A DNA stretch of 41,417 bases from Macrostomum lignano (lineage: Eukaryota). The translations under genes were made by a program, and so were the position numbers. The notes under the pieces are model-generated. The model was not told where the DNA came from. It saw nothing but the letters and a program-made list of their open reading frames with translations, and ran no database searches. Positions 13,902-24,882 of the stretch are shown in pieces; position 1 is the first letter of the stretch, and every line of letters begins with the position of its first letter. Location of the stretch: positions 1 through 41,417 of the forward strand of contig NIVC01004579.1 in the NCBI GenBank assembly GCA_002269645.1. The letters are read 5' to 3'.

Positions 13902-14924
13902 ATGCCAAGAGGCCAGGAGCTATCAGTTCAGTTAAGAAATCGCATTGTAGCAGCTCACAATAGTGGCGATGGCTACAAGCGGATATCTGCTGCCTTCAAT
14001 GTGCATGTATCAACGGTTAGGCACATCATCGCAAAGTACAAACAGCATGGCACCACAGCATCTCTGCCTCGCAGTGGCCGGCTGAGCAAAATTTCAGCTC
14101 GCGCGCTGTGCAAACTCACGCAAGAGGTCAGCCAAAACCCGAATGCAACATCAGGTGAGCTGCAGCAGATGCTGAATGCAGCTGGCTTATTGCCGCACAG
14201 GACTACTGTTCGCCGAGCCCTAAACCGCGTGGGCCTCCGCAGCTGCATTCCAAGAAAAAAGCCTCTGCTGCAGCAGCGACATCGCGATGCCAGGCTGCAG
14301 TTCGCTAATGCGATGCTGAGCAAGCCGGACAGCTACTGGCAGTCAGTGCTTTGGACTGATGAAACCAAGATTGAGCTGTTCGGCAGGAATGAGAAACAGT
14401 GCGTGTGGCACAAGCCGAACACCTCATTTGAGCAGAAACACCTGAAGCCGACAGTCAAGCACGGAGGCGGCAGCATCATGCTGTGGGTCTGCTTTGCAGC
14501 TGCTGGCACCGGCAGGCTGATGCACATCACCGAGAAGATGAATTCGGCCGTGTATCAGCAGATCCTTGACGAAAACCTGCAGTCATCAGTGCATGACCTC
14601 GGTCTTGGACGAGCTTGGACACTGCAGCAGGACAATGACCCCAAGCACACGAGCGCTGCAACTCGGCGATGGCTGCAGCAGAGGCGCATCAAGGTCATGG
14701 AGTGGCCAAGCCAGAGCCCTGACCTGAATCCGATCGAGATGCTGTGGACGGATCTCAAGAAGATGGTTCACGCAAGGAAGCCGAAGAATCTGTGGGAATT
14801 GGCCGAATTCTGCATCGAGGAGTGGCAGAAAGTGCCTGCTGAGAGGTGCGCTGCGCTGGTGAATGGCTACCGCAAGCGGCTCTTGGCTGTGGTGGCTGCA
14901 CGAGGCGGAGCTACAAAGTATTAA
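13902..14924 (+). CDS. Tc1-like DD34E transposase, 340 aa (MPRGQELS...GGATKY)
   Basis: N-terminal paired-like HTH; WTDETKIELFG (D1); TVKHGGGSIM; QQDNDPKH (D2); SPDLNPIEMLW (E) with exactly 34 residues between D2 and E. The track ORF starts at 13650, but ATG 13902 matches typical Tc1 length. Confidence 0.96.
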   Translation: MPRGQELSVQLRNRIVAAHNSGDGYKRISAAFNVHVSTVRHIIAKYKQHGTTASLPRSGRLSKISARALCKLTQEVSQNPNATSGELQQMLNAAGLLPHRTTVRRALNRVGLRSCIPRKKPLLQQRHRDARLQFANAMLSKPDSYWQSVLWTDETKIELFGRNEKQCVWHKPNTSFEQKHLKPTVKHGGGSIMLWVCFAAAGTGRLMHITEKMNSAVYQQILDENLQSSVHDLGLGRAWTLQQDNDPKHTSAATRRWLQQRRIKVMEWPSQSPDLNPIEMLWTDLKKMVHARKPKNLWELAEFCIEEWQKVPAERCAALVNGYRKRLLAVVAARGGATKY

Positions 14925-14926
14925 GA

Positions 14927-15140
14927 CAGGGTGTACTTACTTTTGCACAGGTGTGTTTGAGCATTTTTGGCCACAGCTCCTTAGCCACAAAGAGTTTTTC
15001 AAAGCTTGATGTGTCAAAATAAGCGCCAGTCAATAAGGATCATTGTGATGCAGTTTTGTCGTAATAGAGCTGACGGTTCAGAAATTATAACCGTTTTTCT
15101 CAATTTTTGCTTGGGGTATACTTACTTTTGTGCATGACTG
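14927..15140 (-). repeat. Right TIR of Tc1 element
   Basis: Reverse complement of 13484-13697 with 2 substitutions. Confidence 0.93.
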
Positions 15141-15147
15141 TATATAT

Positions 15148-15187
<40 letters not shown>
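15141..15187. repeat. (TA)n microsatellite at the Tc1 target site
   Basis: TA run directly after the right TIR. Confidence 0.95.
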
Positions 15188-15189
<2 letters not shown>

Positions 15190-18149
15190 CCTAGGCCTAT
15201 ATGCCAATGCCAGTTATGCCTGACTTGACTATTAATAGGCCTAATAGGTCATATATAGCTTATCCTCATAGCAGACAGCCCAGGCTCCTAGGCTATCTAT
15301 CTACATGTTATATAATATTTAATAGGCCCTATAATAATATTATAGCCTTGACTTTATACTATCTATATGGTAGGCCTAATTTAATATTTTGGCCTATCTA
15401 ACAAAATTTATAAAACAACTAAACATTTGACTAGGCCCCTAGTTTTTATGTGCAATGCCAGAGTATGCATATGCATCCTTAATTTGAAATTGAAACTTTA
15501 AAATTTCCAAGTAGATATAGTTTAGAAATATGATCTCAAACTATTTTTAAGCATCATTTGCATTGCCTTAAAATAAGTGTAAAAACAGGAGAAATTGCAT
15601 TTTGTGCCTTAAAATTATGCTTTAAAATTGGGCATAGGGTGTGATTTTGCACTTTGTCTTAGGAAAAGAATGAAACCTAAATGTTTAGAGTAATTAAGTA
15701 ACATTAAGCAGTAAATCATAATTTATATATTACATAGACTCTATTTATTAAATAAAAGAGGCCTAAAACTAAAGGGTCTTAATAGGTTTAGATTTAATCT
15801 TGACAAAAGTAAATATATTAAAAATGATAAAATTGTAAAAGTTTTTAGGTTATAGCATAAATTAAAAAAAATTTGACTCATGACACAATGCCAAAAATCA
15901 TATGATATTATTTCAATATTTTTTGCTAGGCCCCTAGCCATTTATGCGAATCTATTTTTATATATCAATTTATATATTAGACATTTATACTAAAGCTAGG
16001 CCCTAATTTTTTTTATAGATTTATATAAGAGATTTTGAATATAAATATAACAAAATAGACTTTGGGATTATGCTTTCAATTAAGATTAATTTAATAAAAC
16101 AAATGTTAGGGGCCTAATCTAGCTAGCATTGGAAATTAGCCTTAGGCCTATAATATATTAAGTATATAGGTTATTATATTTATTATAATAATATAAGTTG
16201 GACATTAGTTGAAAGTGTTTTTCATGGCTTATTTATTTACTTTTTATAATTAGAGATACATCAATTAAAATATAATCTATACCTATAAAAATATAAATGT
16301 GAACTGAGAGTTGGCTTTCTGCCATGAAATACTAGCAGATATAACCAATCCACTTTGTGTCTCTGTCTATTTATATATAAATTTATTTACTATAGACTCC
16401 CAAACCACTCCATCAAATTATACAAAATTTTGTACCTACCCTAAACTCACTATGGATAATGTTTTAATCTACTTTAAAGTTTCCTAAATCTAAGTCTTCC
16501 AATCTAAAAATCCTATCTAAAAATGCAAAAAACTGCTTAAATATGTGATTTTTTATTAAATCCTCTATAGTACCACTACACATCTACCAATCTGGGTTTT
16601 TTATGCAAATAGGTGCAAATAGCATCCTGGTCTTAAAAATTGCACGTTGAAATGTGACTTAGGTTGCAAAAAGTGCACCAGAGTTTATTGCAAGGATATG
16701 ATGCGGATTTCACAATTTAGTATTATGGACGTCTTAAGTTCGTAACTTTGTATTCTTAGAATTAGCTAATAATTTTTTGAATCCTTAATTAATGTAATTT
16801 AAGGAATTGTCAACTTGGATGGTTTAGACAGACAGAAACTTTGAAATACACTATTAGTGTTAGACCAGTTTCTGTCTGCAGCAGTGCAGCATATCCTGGT
16901 CTTAAAAATTGCACCCTGAAATCTAGCACAGGGTGCGAAATCGCACCTAAGTTATGGACAAAAAAAACCCAGCTACCAATCCTCTTCAAATTTAATAAAA
17001 ACTATCTTTACCTATCATGTAACACTTTTATAAAATTTTGAATCTCAAAGTTAAAGTTTAAATTTTATTGCCATTAAAGTTAATGGCATTGTGCAATTTT
17101 AAAATAGTCTGTTTTAGCATAGTAGACAAGTTTTGGTCTTAGTCTTGGTCTTCTTTGGTTTAGGCTACTGTTTTTATCTACATTAGTATTTAATATTCTA
17201 GTGGATTATCTCTCTGGTAGGTTGCTGCTACCAGGCTTCCTGATTTCTCTAATCCTCTAGTCCTAGTCCTTTCTCTAATCCTCTAATTCTCTAGTAGTTT
17301 AGCAATCAAAGGAACAATACAAAAAACCAAAAATAACAAATTTTATTATTCCAAGATATAAAGTAGAAAAGAAAATTATTAAGCATATAATTCTTCTTTA
17401 CAATAGCTATCCCTTAGTTGTGCATTGTTGGTTAGGCATAGATTACCTTATGGTGCACTGTCTTTCCATAGACTACCTTAAAACAGTTTTATGTATCTTG
17501 TTCCTACCCCTGGTCTTACCTGGTCTTAACTCTGTAACTAAATCAGAATAAGAACTATAAACATATGAAATTTGTCTGCTTTTTCTATTTTTTTGTGTAG
17601 CTCACTTGCTTATTCCCCTTGATCAAGGGTTAAAACAATAGGGCTAAGTATATATTGCAAATGTACAGAGTTATAGAATAAATTTATTATAGCCTTCTCT
17701 AGACTCTATACCCTTATGGAGAGGCTACATTTAGTCATGACAGTTAAGTGAGAAATTCTAACCATTGTCCTCTATATTGGCAACCCTGCAGTAGTTTACT
17801 AATAAATGGAAAATTATGGCAAAATGGCATGGTTTTTGTAAAACTAAAGGCAAAAAATTAAAGAAAGTGATTGCAATAAAATCCTACTACATTAGTTACA
17901 CCAAAATTTTAATACTAAGTTTCACTTAAAGGTACTTTAAAATTTAGGTGTCTCTAAAAATGTATATTTCCTTAATGTTAAATTGCTACAAACTGCAGTG
18001 GAGCTAGAGATAAAAAAATCCTCTCAAGGCTAAAAATTGGCTAAAAAGATGATGTGATCAAAGTAGTCAGCAAATGGCTGATAGAATGAAACAACCATGA
18101 GAGTACTATATCCCACAAACTGGCTTTCAGACTTTTACCTTGAAGGCTA

Positions 18150-18425
18150 GATGAAAAATCTTGCTCATGGTTATGGACCAGATGAGACTAGAAAAGAGAG
18201 AGAATAAACAATTAGCAAAGAGAGGAATGACAAGAGGAAATAAGAGAAAAGATAGAAGATATAAGAAGAGAAGAGAGGAGTGAGAATAAAGATAGGGACA
18301 GGACAACCTGAGAAAAGTGAAGTAAGTGGGAGAAGGGAGAGAGAAGGGGTAAAGATAATTAAGAGGACAAGGGAGAGAAAAAAGAAGGAAGAGATGAGGA
18401 GAAAAGAGGGGAAGCAAAGGAGACA
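18150..18425. repeat. Purine-rich (GA) low-complexity tract
   Basis: Almost exclusively A/G on + strand; gives a spurious L/S/F/P-rich minus ORF. Confidence 0.8.
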
Positions 18426-19636
18426 AGACTTAATTCTTAATTAAAAAATTTAAGAATGCATACCAATAATAGTCTCAGGGATTGGAATTCAGTGGGTTCC
18501 AAATCAGTGGGTTTCAATAGCTTGTGCCTTTCTATAGCTTGCAAGAGTGGCCTGTTAAATCAGATAACTTTTCAAAACAAAAAATGAGGAAAATTGGATG
18601 CTTAACCCTTGAATATTGGGGAAAACAATTGTTTGTTTATTATATCCAGCCTCTGAGTTGATGTATGCTAACAATGCTTTATTTATTTATATTAAAAAGA
18701 TAAAAATTTTAAATGGCAAACTTTTACAAATTATCTGATCTGATCTTCAGTTGTGCAGTTGCCTTCTATATCATAGTCTTGTAATGACATGTCAGAATGT
18801 ATGTTAATTCACACCCAATCCTAAGTCACAGACTGTACATACTGGACAGTCAGTAAGTTAGGGTTGCTGTACACCCTATGTAAGCATGTCTGCATGTCTG
18901 CATATAGTACTGGTATGCTTATATGTGCTCAGAAGTCAGGGTTTGAAATGCCTCTGTGCTAGTGGGACAATATTTCATAGTAGTGTTTCTTTAGGCCCCT
19001 CTAGAATAACTAGATGGGCCACTAAGGCATATATACTTAGTAAAATAGCTTTCTACTCTCAGTTCAGTAGCAATGAAAAATACATAAGCTATTTTATAAG
19101 AGTAAAGGCAGCTGAAAATCCTGAGATGACATAAATAAGTTTAGAAGCGAAGCTTGCAGACAAAATTGATTGACAATGTACATTGGCCACTGAAATGTAC
19201 AAGACAGATTTAGACTAGAACAACCGAGGAAGTGATGTGTTCCTTACTACGAAGACCTTTTTAGTAATCAAGGAACTATCACTTCTAGCTCTTGCTAGGC
19301 AACCCAGTTGTCAAATGAAGGTATTTATTACCTTGAGTCCTGATCAGTAGAGCTCTTCCGATGCATAGTTCTCGGTCTCAATCAGTTTAGACTTCTAGAT
19401 TTAGTTGTCCCTGGTCCAGGTTCCTCTTTATTTCCAATGAAGTCGTTTCCGGCCAGTATCTGTAGTTCGGACCAATCAGAAGCTTCGTATTAACAATGGA
19501 ATCCCTGCGCCGAACTGTGGTTTCGATTAAGCCTTCTCCTTCTAGTAGTGACTTAATACACTCTAGGTATAGCTCCGTTAATCACTGATAGTCCTAAGAT
19601 CTATCAGGGTAGTCGTTCTGGAGACTACAACCAATG

Positions 19637-19690
19637 GAGTCTCAATAGACTCAAGAGTCTCAATAGACTCAAGAGTCTCAATAGACTCAA
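19637..19690. repeat. 3 x 18-bp hairpin repeat GAGTCTCAATAGACTCAA
   Basis: Three exact copies, each with a GAGTCT/AGACTC 6-bp stem. Confidence 0.9.
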
Positions 19691-19838
19691 CAGCAATAAT
19701 GAGTCGACTCAAACACCTGGCGCAAATGAGTAAGGCTTACCGCAAGAACTCAGCCGAGTCTCGATTGACTTGGTCTGTAGGAAGTCCTTCTAAGGCTTCC
19801 TCTTCGGAGCTTCTCCTTCTGGAGGTTCGGACCACTTG

Positions 19839-20134
19839 TATTTATAGGCAAATGGGCCCCCTCGTGAGGTCGCTGGTTTCATTTTCTTAAATGTCAAAGG
19901 TTCACGCTTTAGTTGCTGTCAAGCATGACAGGGTAGAAAGTTAAGCCACTAGTCTAGTGTAAGCGCGCATGATTGGTTACCATAGCTGGGTTATTTTGGG
20001 TTATCTTTGATTGGTTCATCCGGTGCAGGCCGAATGATGAATCGCAAATGGGGTCTAAATTTGACAATTGTAGGTCACCTATGATTGGTCGGTTGATAAA
20101 AATGGCATGTTCGACTTTACTCGCCTGTGATTGG
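19839..20134 (-). promoter_or_regulatory. Candidate Pol II promoter: four ACCAATCA boxes upstream of TATAAATA
   Basis: TGATTGGT on + (ATTGG cores at 19972, 20010, 20084, 20130); TATTTATA at 19839-19846; a minus-strand donor G|GTAAG at 19741/19740 downstream. Confidence 0.5.
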
Positions 20135-20719
20135 TTGATTAAAATATTCTATGATTCAGTACTTATTTTTATTGCTAATACTTAGTATGCTACTGAATAA
20201 AATGTATTAGTAGTATGTTAACAATTTTAATGACTACGGGAGGTAGAACACTCTACAGAAGGTAATAAAAATGGGTGGCGGGTCAGGGGTAGAGGTTCTG
20301 TGTGGAGTTTGAGGGTTTAAGCTTGGGGGGGGGTAAGAGCCAATTTAATAAATGAGCATTGTCTTTAAAAATACATTAAAATTCTTTAGTTTAACTTACT
20401 ACACTTACTGAAAGTAGTTTACACGCAAATGTGTTGAGTGACCCATCTAGTTATTCTAATTTCTGTGGTCTGTGTTCAATTATAGAATTTTTGTTTTAAT
20501 GCGCCAACTGAATAATATTCACAAGTCTGAAAAATATTGTAAATAAAATTTATTGTAATTAACAAGCGGGTCCAGCTTAAACTAAAAAATCACATGCAAT
20601 CTCTTACTTCATGATTAGTTGACTGCCGATTTTTACTGTTTGATCTTCATTCTCTTAAAGTCTATCCTAGTTGCCCAGCCAACCTACATTATCTGTCACG
20701 TGTACATAGCCTGAACGCT

Positions 20720-22397
20720 ATGAGCTTCTCCAATATCATGGAGAACATCCTGCCAGCCATGGTATTCAGCGCTAGCGCTTTTCGTAGCGGCGCAGTTGGC
20801 GTCGTCTCTAGCGGCGCCTCGGCCGCCACCAGCGGTCGTAGCTACGATCGTCGGCATCCTGGTAGCGCCGGCACTACCCGAGCTTCGGCGCCAGAAGAAG
20901 ATTCAAAGCTTTGGTCGGAGTCGGTAGCTACGGCTCAACTCCTGCCGACTCAAGATTTGAATCGGCTAGTATTGGAGTACTTGGTGCACGAGGGGCACCT
21001 GGAGGCTGCCGAAACATTTTGCCGCGAGGCTGGTCTTGAACCGAACATTCTGCAGGTTGGTGCGGGGTCATTGGATCACTGACTGAAGGATCTGGGGTAG
21101 TGCAGGGTCATTGGGTCACTGACTGAATGATCTGGGGTAGTGCAGGGTCATTGGGTCACTGACTGAAGGATCTGGGAAAGTGCAGGGTCATTGGGTCACT
21201 GATTGTTCACATCAATCAATCACTCAGGAGTCGGAGTCTGGCGAGGACAGCCAACGCCGCGTGGCGATTCGATCAGCTGTGCAAGACGGTCGCATAGACG
21301 AAGCAATTGAGCTGATCAACGAGGCTAATCCGGAGCTGCTAGATCTCAATCAGGAGCTGCATTTTCATCTGCGCCGACAGCAGCTTGTTGAGCTGGTTCG
21401 CGAGGTGAGAGAAGAGTTAAAATCGGCTTAAATTGTTAAACCGAATTTAATAGCTCAGTGTGTCCCAGAGATAGAAGAGTTTTTGCACCGCATGCGTCCC
21501 TCTCTGAAGAATCGTAAATGCTTTAAGCTGTTAATGAAAAATCGATCGTAAAATCATGAACCGCCCCCTAAGAGCACCAGCCTACCCTAAATAATCGTAG
21601 AGAGCCTATTAGGAATCGTAGAGTATCAATAAGAATTGTATAGAGCCGTGAAGAGCTTAGAAAGCTCTATTAACACCTCGAAAAATCTTAGGGAGCCCCA
21701 TTCCACCCGAAGAATCGTAGGGAGCCCCGTTTCACCCCGAAAAATCGTAGAAAGCCATATTTAGCCCCGAATAATCGTAGAGAGCCCCATTTAGCCCCCC
21801 CCACAGAATCGTAGGGAGCCCCATTTAGCCCCCACAAATCGTAGGGAGCCCCATTTAGCCCAAAGAATCGTAGGGAGCCCCATTTCACCCCATAGAATCG
21901 TAGGGAGCCAACTTTCGTCTTGAAGAATCGTAGAGAGCCTCACTTGGGGCACTTAATAAACTAATCGTCGTCCGCCACGAACGAAACCTCAGGGCCGCCT
22001 ATGCCAGGCGCTCCAATTTGCCCAGTCCAGTTTGGCCAGCCTGGCCGAGGCCCAGCCTGACAGTTGCCTGTCCGACTTAGAAGAATGCATGGCCTTGCTG
22101 GCGTTTGAGCGTCCGGCTGAATCGGCCAGTTTCGGTCGCTGGCTATCGTTAAGCCATCGGGCTAAGCTGGCTAGCGAAGTCAACGCTGCTCTGTTAGAAG
22201 CTACAGCGGACGACGAAGGCGGCGAATCATCGACAGGCGATCGGGACAGCTGTGGCGACGGACTGGACTATCAGCTCAGACTGCTGCTCTGGAGTCAGGA
22301 TCGGCTCACGGCCGCTGGCGTTTCTTATCCGCGAATAGTTGACGTAGAAACTGCCAGGTACTCGGAGCAGCCGCAGCAGCGCGATTCGGCCACCTAA
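20720..22397 (+). CDS. GID8: GID8/TWA1-like CTLH (GID) E3 complex subunit, LisH-CTLH-CRA, ~305 aa; exons 20720-21055, 21228-21404, 21993-22397
   Basis: LisH DLNRLVLEYLVHEGHLEAAETF; CTLH IRSAVQDGRIDEAIELINEANPELLD...FHLRRQQLVELVR; CRA LEECMALLAFERP...RAKLASEVNAALL...LLLWSQDRL...YPRI. All match recalled GID8 motifs. Both introns are phase-0 GT-AG and the frames join. Confidence 0.9.
21056..21203. repeat. ~41-bp minisatellite filling GID8 intron 1
   Basis: TGCAGGGTCATTGGGTCACTGACTGAAGGATCTGGGGTAG, about 3.5 copies. Confidence 0.88.
21540..21945. repeat. ~30-bp minisatellite (AAGAATCGTAGGGAGCCCCATTTCACCC) in GID8 intron 2
   Basis: Degenerate at the left, more regular at the right; same family and orientation as 25680-26200. 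Confidence 0.85.
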
Positions 22398-22409
22398 AAC
22401 TGGGCATTT

Positions 22410-22689
22410 TAAGTAATGTCTGTGTAGATTTTGGTAATGTCACTGTGTAGATTTGAGTAATGTCACTGTGTAGATTTGAGTAATGTCACTGTGTAGATTT
22501 GAGTAATGTCACTGTGTAGATTTGGGTAATGTCACTGTGTAGATAGGGGTAATGTCACTGTAGATATGGGTAATGTCACTGTAGATTAGGGTAATGTCAC
22601 TGTAGATTTGGGTAATGTCACTGTGTAGATATGGGTAATGTCACTGTAGATTAGGGTAATGTCACTGTAGATTTGGGTAATGTCACTGT
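22410..22689. repeat. 21-23-bp minisatellite GGGTAATGTCACTG(TG)TAGATTT, left part
   Basis: About 12 copies, cut mid-unit at 22689. Confidence 0.92.
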
Positions 22690-23448
22690 CCCGCCTGGCT
22701 GTCGTTACCCGGTATTTACCCGGCCTTTATCCGGTTTAATCCGTAATTTTAGACTTTTCCGGACGAAAATGAATTTTTATCCGGTTTTGATCCGGCAGTT
22801 CTTACCGGACTAACAAACGGAGGAAACTCCGGAGCAAAACCGGATTAAAGTGTTTTTATTGATCACATTTTATCCGGATTGTGTCCGATTCCTGCTCCGG
22901 TCGATCAGCGGATGAAAACCGGACTGCCAACCGGAATAAGAAGCGGATGAAAGTCGGATGAATCATAACTTTCTACCCGGAGTTGTTCCGGTTTTTTATC
23001 CGGCTGTGAATCCGGCTTACAGTGATAAACTTCCGGATAGTGAAACGGACAAAATCCGGATGAGGGAGTTCACTTGAAGTCAATGTCAATTTTCAGCGCA
23101 CAAGGCTCAAAAATGGACCGGGAGAAGCAAAACGCGGACTGCGGCTCAAATACCACGGAAAAGACTGCCGAGTGGACATGTGCCCGTTGTTTACTTCTGT
23201 ACCCGAATCTATTAACCAGATGCCACCGGGCATCAATGTTGACAGGAAATTTTTTTGATCATGCCATGTCTATTTATTGTACTGTTTACAATACCCGTTG
23301 GAAATATTTGCATCTAATTAAACTGGCGCTGGCCCTACAAATTTTTTCAGCGGCATTCGCCCATGTATGTGTTGGGATAAAAGTTATATAGATCGCCTTA
23401 CTGTTTCGATTAAAGCCTTTATAATCCTCTGTTTTAATTACCGAAAGC

Positions 23449-24338
23449 CAGTGGCCCGTCCAAGGGGGGGCTAGGGGGCCCAGGACCCCCTGTAAAGCCA
23501 TGGGCCCCCCTTTGGCCCCCCACTTTCAGTTTTTTTACCTTAGCTGTTGAAACCCGCGGATTTTGAACATGTGGAATTCTGATCCCCAGAATTATTTTCG
23601 CTTATATCTACAAGTATATCTGTCGTAGTTCTAAAATCTAGAGTCAACTCAAACAAAAACTTGTCTTTCGAAAGATTGGCAAATTCTCTGGCTTCCTGTC
23701 TCTCTCTATGTCCCTCGGATCCTTTGAAACTTCTATCTTCTCTTCTGTTTCCTCTTCTCTTCTTTTCCGATCTCCTCTCTCCCCTCTTCTCTCGTCGATC
23801 TTCCCTCACCTCTCTTCTCTTTCGTCTCTACTCTCTCCTCTCTCCCCTCTTCTCACTCCTCACTCTCCTCTCCTCTCTTCTCCCAACTCTCCACTCTTCT
23901 CTCAACTTTCTCCCCTTTACTTTCTCATCTCCCCTCTCTACTCTCTCCTCCCTCTCATCTCTCACCTCTCCTGCTCTCCCATCTCCTCTCCTTTCTACTC
24001 TCTCCCTTCTCCATTCTTCTCTTTCCTCTCCTCCCTCTTCTCTCCCTTCCCCTCTCTTCTTGTCCTCTCGATTCTCCCCCCTTTTTTCTCCTTTCTCCTC
24101 CCATCCACTCCACTTCTCTCCCACTGTCTCTCATGTCTGCTCTCACATATTTCTCTTCCCTCTCCTCTCTCCTCTGTTCTAGCTCTACTGTCACATTTCT
24201 TGTCTCTGCTCTCTCATCTCTCCTTTCCCCTCTTTCATCTCTCCTATCTCATCTCTTCTCTCTTCTTTCATCCTTCCTCTCTCTTCTCTCCCCTCTCCTG
24301 ATGAGCCCCCCATCCTGAAACCTCTGGACGCACCCCTG
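23449..24338. mobile_element. Non-autonomous hAT-like element, 890 bp, nested in the CACTA-like element
   Basis: Perfect 8-bp TSD CCGAAAGC (23441-23448, 24339-24346); imperfect TIRs CAGTGGCCCGTCCA / TGGACGCACCCCTG (11 of 14); CT-rich interior. Confidence 0.85.
23700..24300. repeat. CT-rich low-complexity tract inside the hAT-like element
   Basis: Nearly pure C/T on + strand; source of L/S/P ORFs. Confidence 0.9.
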
Positions 24339-24882
24339 CCGAAAGCTTTCTACTAGTAAGCTTCTCTAGAGCTCCTCGCTTGTTCATACAGATACGAGCA
24401 GAATCATAGCAGGAGCAGCAGCTATAGATAGGAGCAGGAGCCGTAGCTATAATAGCCGCCACATAGTGCAATTTTTGTGCCAAACCTTTGGAAGCCGCTG
24501 TAAAGAGCACAAATTAAGGCTGAGTAATAAGCATCTAGAATGTCCATTATTATCCGACGACAGTATACAGGTATCCATACATTTGATCCGGAAATGGCTC
24601 CGGTTTCTTATCCGGCTGTAACATCCATACATTTCATCCGGTTTTCATCCGGAATTGGCTCCGCTCTCCCATCCGGCTTCCTCCGGATTACTTATCGGGC
24701 AATAACCGGACACACAGCCGGATACCAAACCGGATAAACGTCATTTTTTCAACACTTTCATCCGTTTTGTAAACTTTTCGTCCGGTTTTCGTCCGTTTTT
24801 TTGCATGTAAATTTGCTATTCCTGCCGGATTAAACTCCGGACAACGCATCGGATAAAAGACGGCTAAATTCAGCCCGGCGGG

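Larger units (their letters stand above)
13484..15140 (+). mobile_element. Full-length Tc1-family DNA transposon (IR/DR type), 1657 bp
   Basis: TA flanks at 13482-83 and 15141-42; CAGT...ACTG termini; 214-bp TIRs (13484-13697, 14927-15140) with 2 mismatches; uninterrupted transposase ORF between them. Confidence 0.97.
22690..24882. mobile_element. Non-autonomous CACTA/EnSpm(CMC)-like element, 2193 bp including a nested insertion
   Basis: Splits the minisatellite, which resumes in register. 12-bp TIR CCCGCCTGGCTG / CAGCCCGGCGGG (1 mismatch). Dense ATCCGG/CCGGAT subterminal motifs at ~22715-23065 and ~24550-24860. The TSD is short and imperfect (TGT vs CGT), so the superfamily call is inferred. 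Confidence 0.72.

Noticed and set aside
13973-14771. Minus-strand ORFs within the transposase
   Set aside because: Antisense shadows of a GC-rich coding sequence
17600-17645. HLLIPLDQGLK resembling the pogo/Tigger QPLDQG motif
   Set aside because: Flanked by stops, it coincides with a DNA palindrome (CCCTTGATCAAGGG), and no other DDE motifs are nearby
23540-24318. Long L/S/P- and E/R/G-rich ORFs
   Set aside because: Translations of a CT/GA low-complexity tract
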